Shown: in pieces, positions 59,452-64,000 of the stretch
Numbering within the stretch: position 1 is the stretch's first letter
Layout: each line of letters opens with the position of its first letter
NCBI RefSeq assembly: GCF_009914755.1
Contig: NC_060926.1
Reading direction: 5' to 3' (one strand)
From: the human T2T-CHM13v2.0 reference genome, Homo sapiens
DNA length: 64,000 nucleotides
Notes under the pieces: generated by a model
Told to the model about the DNA's origin: nothing
Database searches by the model: none
What the model saw: only the letters and a program-made list of their open reading frames with translations
Made by a program: the position numbers and the translations under genes

Positions 59452-60792
59452 AGTACAGACTGCAAGATAGCATCTTTCATGCCAGCAGGGAGACATTCAT
59501 CATGACGACCTCGGAAATGCTCAGCATAGAGAGCATACTTCATCCTTTATTCCTGGAGGATTTCCCACCATTCCTGCATAGTCTGCTTTTGTGAAGGAGG
59601 TGGGGGCATCTCCCTTATTTATCCAGGCTGCTTTGCCGTCAGCATCCCCCAGCTGAGGGGGATGGCTTAATTCCCATTATCAGTGCCACAGCAGCACTGC
59701 CTGAGGGCGGAGTGGACTGTGCCATTTTATTCATCTCTAGTTCAGAGAGTATAAAACCCTCCGCCCCATGTCACATAGATGGAGAAGCCACCCCATGACT
59801 GACTCTCCCCTTCTGTGGAACCTCAGCTCCACCAGTTCCACAGTGGTGCAGTCCTGCACTGTGCTGTTGTATTCCAGATAGGGACAAATCTTGCGGGTCT
59901 GCTCCCTGGGGGTGTGGGGAAGGTGGTGGCCCTTCAAACGGGCCAACCAACAAGCCAAGGTCTCGGCGGTATCTGGCACCTTGTGGTAATCACAGTTCAC
60001 TCTGTAATAGATGAACCCTTCCTCGCCTGTGCCAGGAGCTCAGCCTCTGAGTGGTCAGAAGTGGCCAGCCAACCGTGGCTGCCACTGCTCAGGCATCTGA
60101 CCCATGCTCAGTCAGATCCACCCCCTGCAAAAATTCTTCCAGATCCTTCGGCATTTTCAGGGCATCCTGTACTCATGTGGTAGGCCCCATCCATCAAAGA
60201 TAGCAGCTATTGGGCCCCACATTGATGTGGATGGCCAACCTGGGATTTCCCCCACTGATTTCCCCTTCCCCGATCCCACTGTCTTGGTGCTCACAGGATT
60301 TTCTCCGAACTCCTGCCTGCCTTGTCAATTACTTGTTGTGCCAAACCCCTGTTAACCTCAATAGGGAAGGCCCAAGTTTCAAGAGGCAGAAGAGGAGACC
60401 CAGAGCCAGCAAACAAGAGGTTTTATTAGAGGCTTACATACAGGCAAGAGAATCCAGTAGCAGAAAGCTGAACAAGGTATCCACCTTACCTACAGTTCAA
60501 TGGCAGCGGGCTGAACCAGATTACTGCATAGCCCAGTGGTGTGATAATGGGCTGGGCAGAAGAACTGCAACCACTTGCAAACAGCATGCAGTTTATGTCG
60601 CAGTTCACTTAACACCCTCCCCTTACCACCTCCACCTGGCAACCTCCATCCAACCCAAACTCAGGGCCTCAATCCCCTGGATGGCCCGTGTTCCATGGGA
60701 TGGGCCCAGGGCTCAGATATTCTTCACGGACAAGGAAGAAATCTCTGGATTGCCAACATCCAATTCCCTAACTCAAAACATACATTCAGGTG

Positions 60793-61156
60793 TGATATGG
60801 TTTGGGTTTGCGTTCCTGCCCAAATCTCATGTTGAATTGTAATCCCCAATGTTTGAGGTGATCGGATCATGAGGATGGATTTCCCCCCTTGCTTTTCTCA
60901 TGATAGTGAGCTCTCACAAGATCTGGTTGTTTAAAAGTGTGTAGCACCTCCACCTTCACTGTCTTCCGCCTACTCTGACCATGTAAGATGTGACTCCTTC
61001 CTCTTCACCTTCCGCCACGACTGTAAGCTTCCTGAGGCCTCCTCAGTCATGCTTCCTGTACAGCCTGCAGAACCATGAACTAATTAAACCTCTTTCCTTT
61101 ATAAATCACCCAGTTTCAGGTATTTCTTTATAGCAGTGTGAAAACAGACTAATACA
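60793..61156 (+). mobile_element. MSTA-like LTR inserted in the proviral 5' LTR
   Basis: tgatatggtttggg...agactaataca; TSD aggtg at 60788-60792 and 61157-61161. Confidence 0.9.
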
Positions 61157-61439
61157 AGGTGCATCAGCCATACAGTGTCATTCAAAGGCTATGCTTAAGT
61201 TACCAGTGTCAGGTGCATTTACTTTACAGATAGATGGCAGAGGTGGGGAGAAGATGGAACAGTATGTGCATCTCCTTCTAAATAACAAGAGGAGCTCCCT
61301 TCTTATGGATATAAGAAGCATTGTCCTGGACTGAAGGAGGAATTGGCCAGGTATTAAATATATCTGGAGATCAGGCAGTTGATCCATCCTTGGACACAAT
61401 AGGCTTGCCCTTTTCAGAAGACAGTTTAGACTGGCCTCA

Positions 61440-61800
61440 TGTTCAACATCATTGAAGGCACCTCTGAATGCCTGGAATCTTCTTCTCGTGCCATTCAAAC
61501 TTTTCCCATGGCTATCTCTTTTTCATCCTTCAGATCTCTGAGCTTAAATGCCCCTTCTGTCGAAAGTGGGGAGCTACCATTAGGTAGGTAAAGTGGATAC
61601 TCACTATTATTCTCTCTCAGCCCCCTGAGTGTTTCCTTTATGGTACATATCCCAGTGTGTTATTATTTTATGTATTTGTCTGTCTCACCCGTGTGGATGT
61701 GAGCTCCGGGAGGGCAGGGACGGGGTCTACACTATTTCACAATCAAATCCTAGTGCCTGGAACCTAGTAATCAGTCAGTCATTATGTTTCTGTTGATTGA
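61440..61800 (+). mobile_element. L2 3' fragment
   Basis: catccttcagatctctgagcttaaatgcccctt...tgtgagctccgggagggcaggga...ctagtgcctggaacctagta. Confidence 0.65.
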
Positions 61801-64000
61801 GAAAATTAACAGATTTTACTTAAAAAGGATCATAAGGTGAAGGCAATGCTTCATTTTAAAGTCATGGCGCAGAGCTCAGTCTTACTCTGCCATTAACCAG
61901 CCCTGTGATGGGACAAGACTTTCAATCTCTCTCAGTCTTGCCTGTAAAATGGGAATTGAGAAGAGTTCATTCTAATTCCACGGTTATGCAGCTGGAACTG
62001 TCTGTGTACATTCTGGAGTTGTGTGAATGCATTAGTCTATGTTGTAGCCTCACACCAGGAGTTTCTCTTTCTAACTGGTTTATGTACCTCATTTTTCACA
62101 GAGCAGCTTGTTTTGACCCGAGGCATATCTATGGCCAAAACGGAACAAGCCCTTATTGGAAAAATATGTCTGTATAATTAAATTCCAGTATTCACAATTT
62201 CCAAAACCACTTTACAGAGAGAATATGATCAGTCAGTGTAGCAATCCCCAATACAAATTAAATTAAGCATTAGGGTCCATTTGAAATGGTTACAAGCGAT
62301 ACAAGAAATCCAAAGCTTTTGTGGTCCATTCAAAATATTTCAAATGCTTGAAGAAATGACAGTATTGACTGAGGTATCAACTTGTTCTTTCATGCTAAGA
62401 AAAGAAGTATTGAAAGTTGAGAAATCCTCTTGACAGGCTCATTGGCAGGGACAAGGGCATAAAATTACCATTATATTTGTTCTTTAATCCAAGGCCTAGC
62501 AGAAAACCACAGACAAAATGGTCATCATGGCTCAAGGAAACTTATGACCCAGGCATGAAATACCAGTTGAACACTGGGCTCCGTCCCTTTGTACAGGTCG
62601 GTGCCATTTTCGTATGTACTACATGTCATGTCTGGTCTGATTTTCTGAGTGTCTGTGATGTCAGCAAGTTTTTTCTGGCATTAAGATGTTTGCTGGTACC
62701 CAACTATTCATTTCATCCTCCTTAAGTCTCTAGTGGTGACTTCCAGAAAGAAAAAATCAAAAGCAAGTTACATTATTTAAAGCCCAGCACCTATAATTGT
62801 TAGTAGCATTATTTATACTTTCCTAAGTTGGAATCAAGTAGTTTGTTGACATATTAGTGTAAATACTACTCATAGTACTGAACAGCTGAGGTGCAGGGAT
62901 AGGTAACAGGTTGGAAGTGAGCTCATCTGCAAGGACTCAAAAAACCTGGTTAGCTGAGAATGGCCAGTCTGGAAGTATGAATTGTTACACAAAATGGTCA
63001 GGCCACTATGCAAAGACTTTGTCCACATGACCATGGTGACCTAGTGCCTTTATTAACAGGACACTATGGTGGGGCCTTCACCACCAGTTTGGCTCCACAT
63101 CTAGAGAGAGATTAAATGCATTCTTTGTTTCAAGAGAGATTAGAAACCTGTAATCCAACAGGGTGTGTCCCAGAAGAAGCATCTTTCTTTAGAAACCTGA
63201 ATTCCATGAATGTTGGTTAGACAGTTCTTTTAGCCAAAGTACAGTGGTTAAGGATAGATTTATTCAGACTTCAGCTTCAATCCCTGATAAAAACAACAAC
63301 AAAATATGTTTCTACATGTAAGTAAACACACTCTAGATCCCAGTCCATCTACCCCAGGCAAACATGTTTATTTCCAACCTCACTCTTAGAAGTCTGAGAT
63401 TAAGAGAACTTTTATCCTTCTCCGTCTCCCCTTGTGTCTTCCCATTTCTCTGCTGGTGTCTTACCCCACAGCATTTTATGACAATTTTTCCAGAGTGCTA
63501 GGCTATTTGTCTTGCCCCTTCTTTATGTCTGGTCAAGAATAATCCATTTTCTCTCATTTTAGCCCTAGAACCTTCTAAATGTGTGAGTTTTAAACATTCT
63601 CTCCTCTTACATGCATTATATATTGTATATATGTTAGAAAATATGTATATAATGGGAAATATAGGATTAAGTCCATCAAGTATAGAAACATAGATAATAC
63701 TTTATTACTTTACACATTGAGGATATCATAGACCACCTTATGCATATTTGCTTTCTTTCCCAGACTTTGAGGACACCCTGTATATCTCCTATCCTCCCCA
63801 GCTCCATGGCAGAAATTGTTAGATTTTGAGGCTTTGGTCTGTATTAAAATTCAAAAAGCCCTGGCACAGGTTATCATATTAAGCTGTTTTTAGTCACATA
63901 CGACACAGTGAAGGAGTTTTATCTGCTCTTTCCTGAGAGCAAGTTTTGCCAGGACAGAGAATGGGGAGCATACACTGAAATGGGTACAGAAGATGGGAAG

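Larger units (their letters stand above)
54922..61228 (-). mobile_element. Decayed class III provirus (LTR32/HERVL32-like): 5'LTR-gag-pro-pol-env remnant-3'LTR
   Basis: Homologous LTRs 54922-55147 (truncated) and 60334-61228; protease LVDTG (DTG 58261-58269); [12 protein letters not shown] (~57241-57273) and HYVDD (YVDD 57126-57137); gag-like RGESVMGWLLHLCDMG. Stops and frameshifts throughout. Confidence 0.88.

Noticed and set aside
60210-60842. 210-aa plus-strand ORF
   Set aside because: Runs antisense through the proviral leader/LTR into an MST LTR; no domain, likely chance.

Overview
Primate (very likely human) genomic DNA, repeat-rich and almost entirely non-coding. I recognise the CpG island at ~19.85-21.26 kb as the minus-strand promoter of SERPINE2 (protease nexin-1). 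It has a GATAAA TATA-like box, a non-coding exon 1a ending ...CCAGCGAGCGCG|GTGAGT, and an alternative exon 1b encoding M-S-D-C-R, which matches the long isoform N-terminus MSDCRSSLVEGT as I recall it. Bases 1-19.7 kb are intron 1 (exon 2 lies left of the window). Bases 21.3-64 kb are upstream intergenic DNA filled with Alu, L1, L2, MIR, MaLR/ERVL LTRs and DNA-transposon fossils. That region includes two decayed class III proviruses: an LTR16/ERVL remnant with dUTPase, and an LTR32-type provirus with gag, protease DTG, RT YVDD and an env-TM-like remnant. I found no new protein-coding system; nearly all listed ORFs are chance or repeat-derived. The most interesting signals are a triplicated ~77-bp CCAAT/E-box unit inside an old intronic LTR (candidate alternative promoter or enhancer), twin identical splice donors 18 nt apart at exon 1a, and the env-like remnant. 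Gene identity and repeat subfamily names come from memory of consensus sequences, not from searches.
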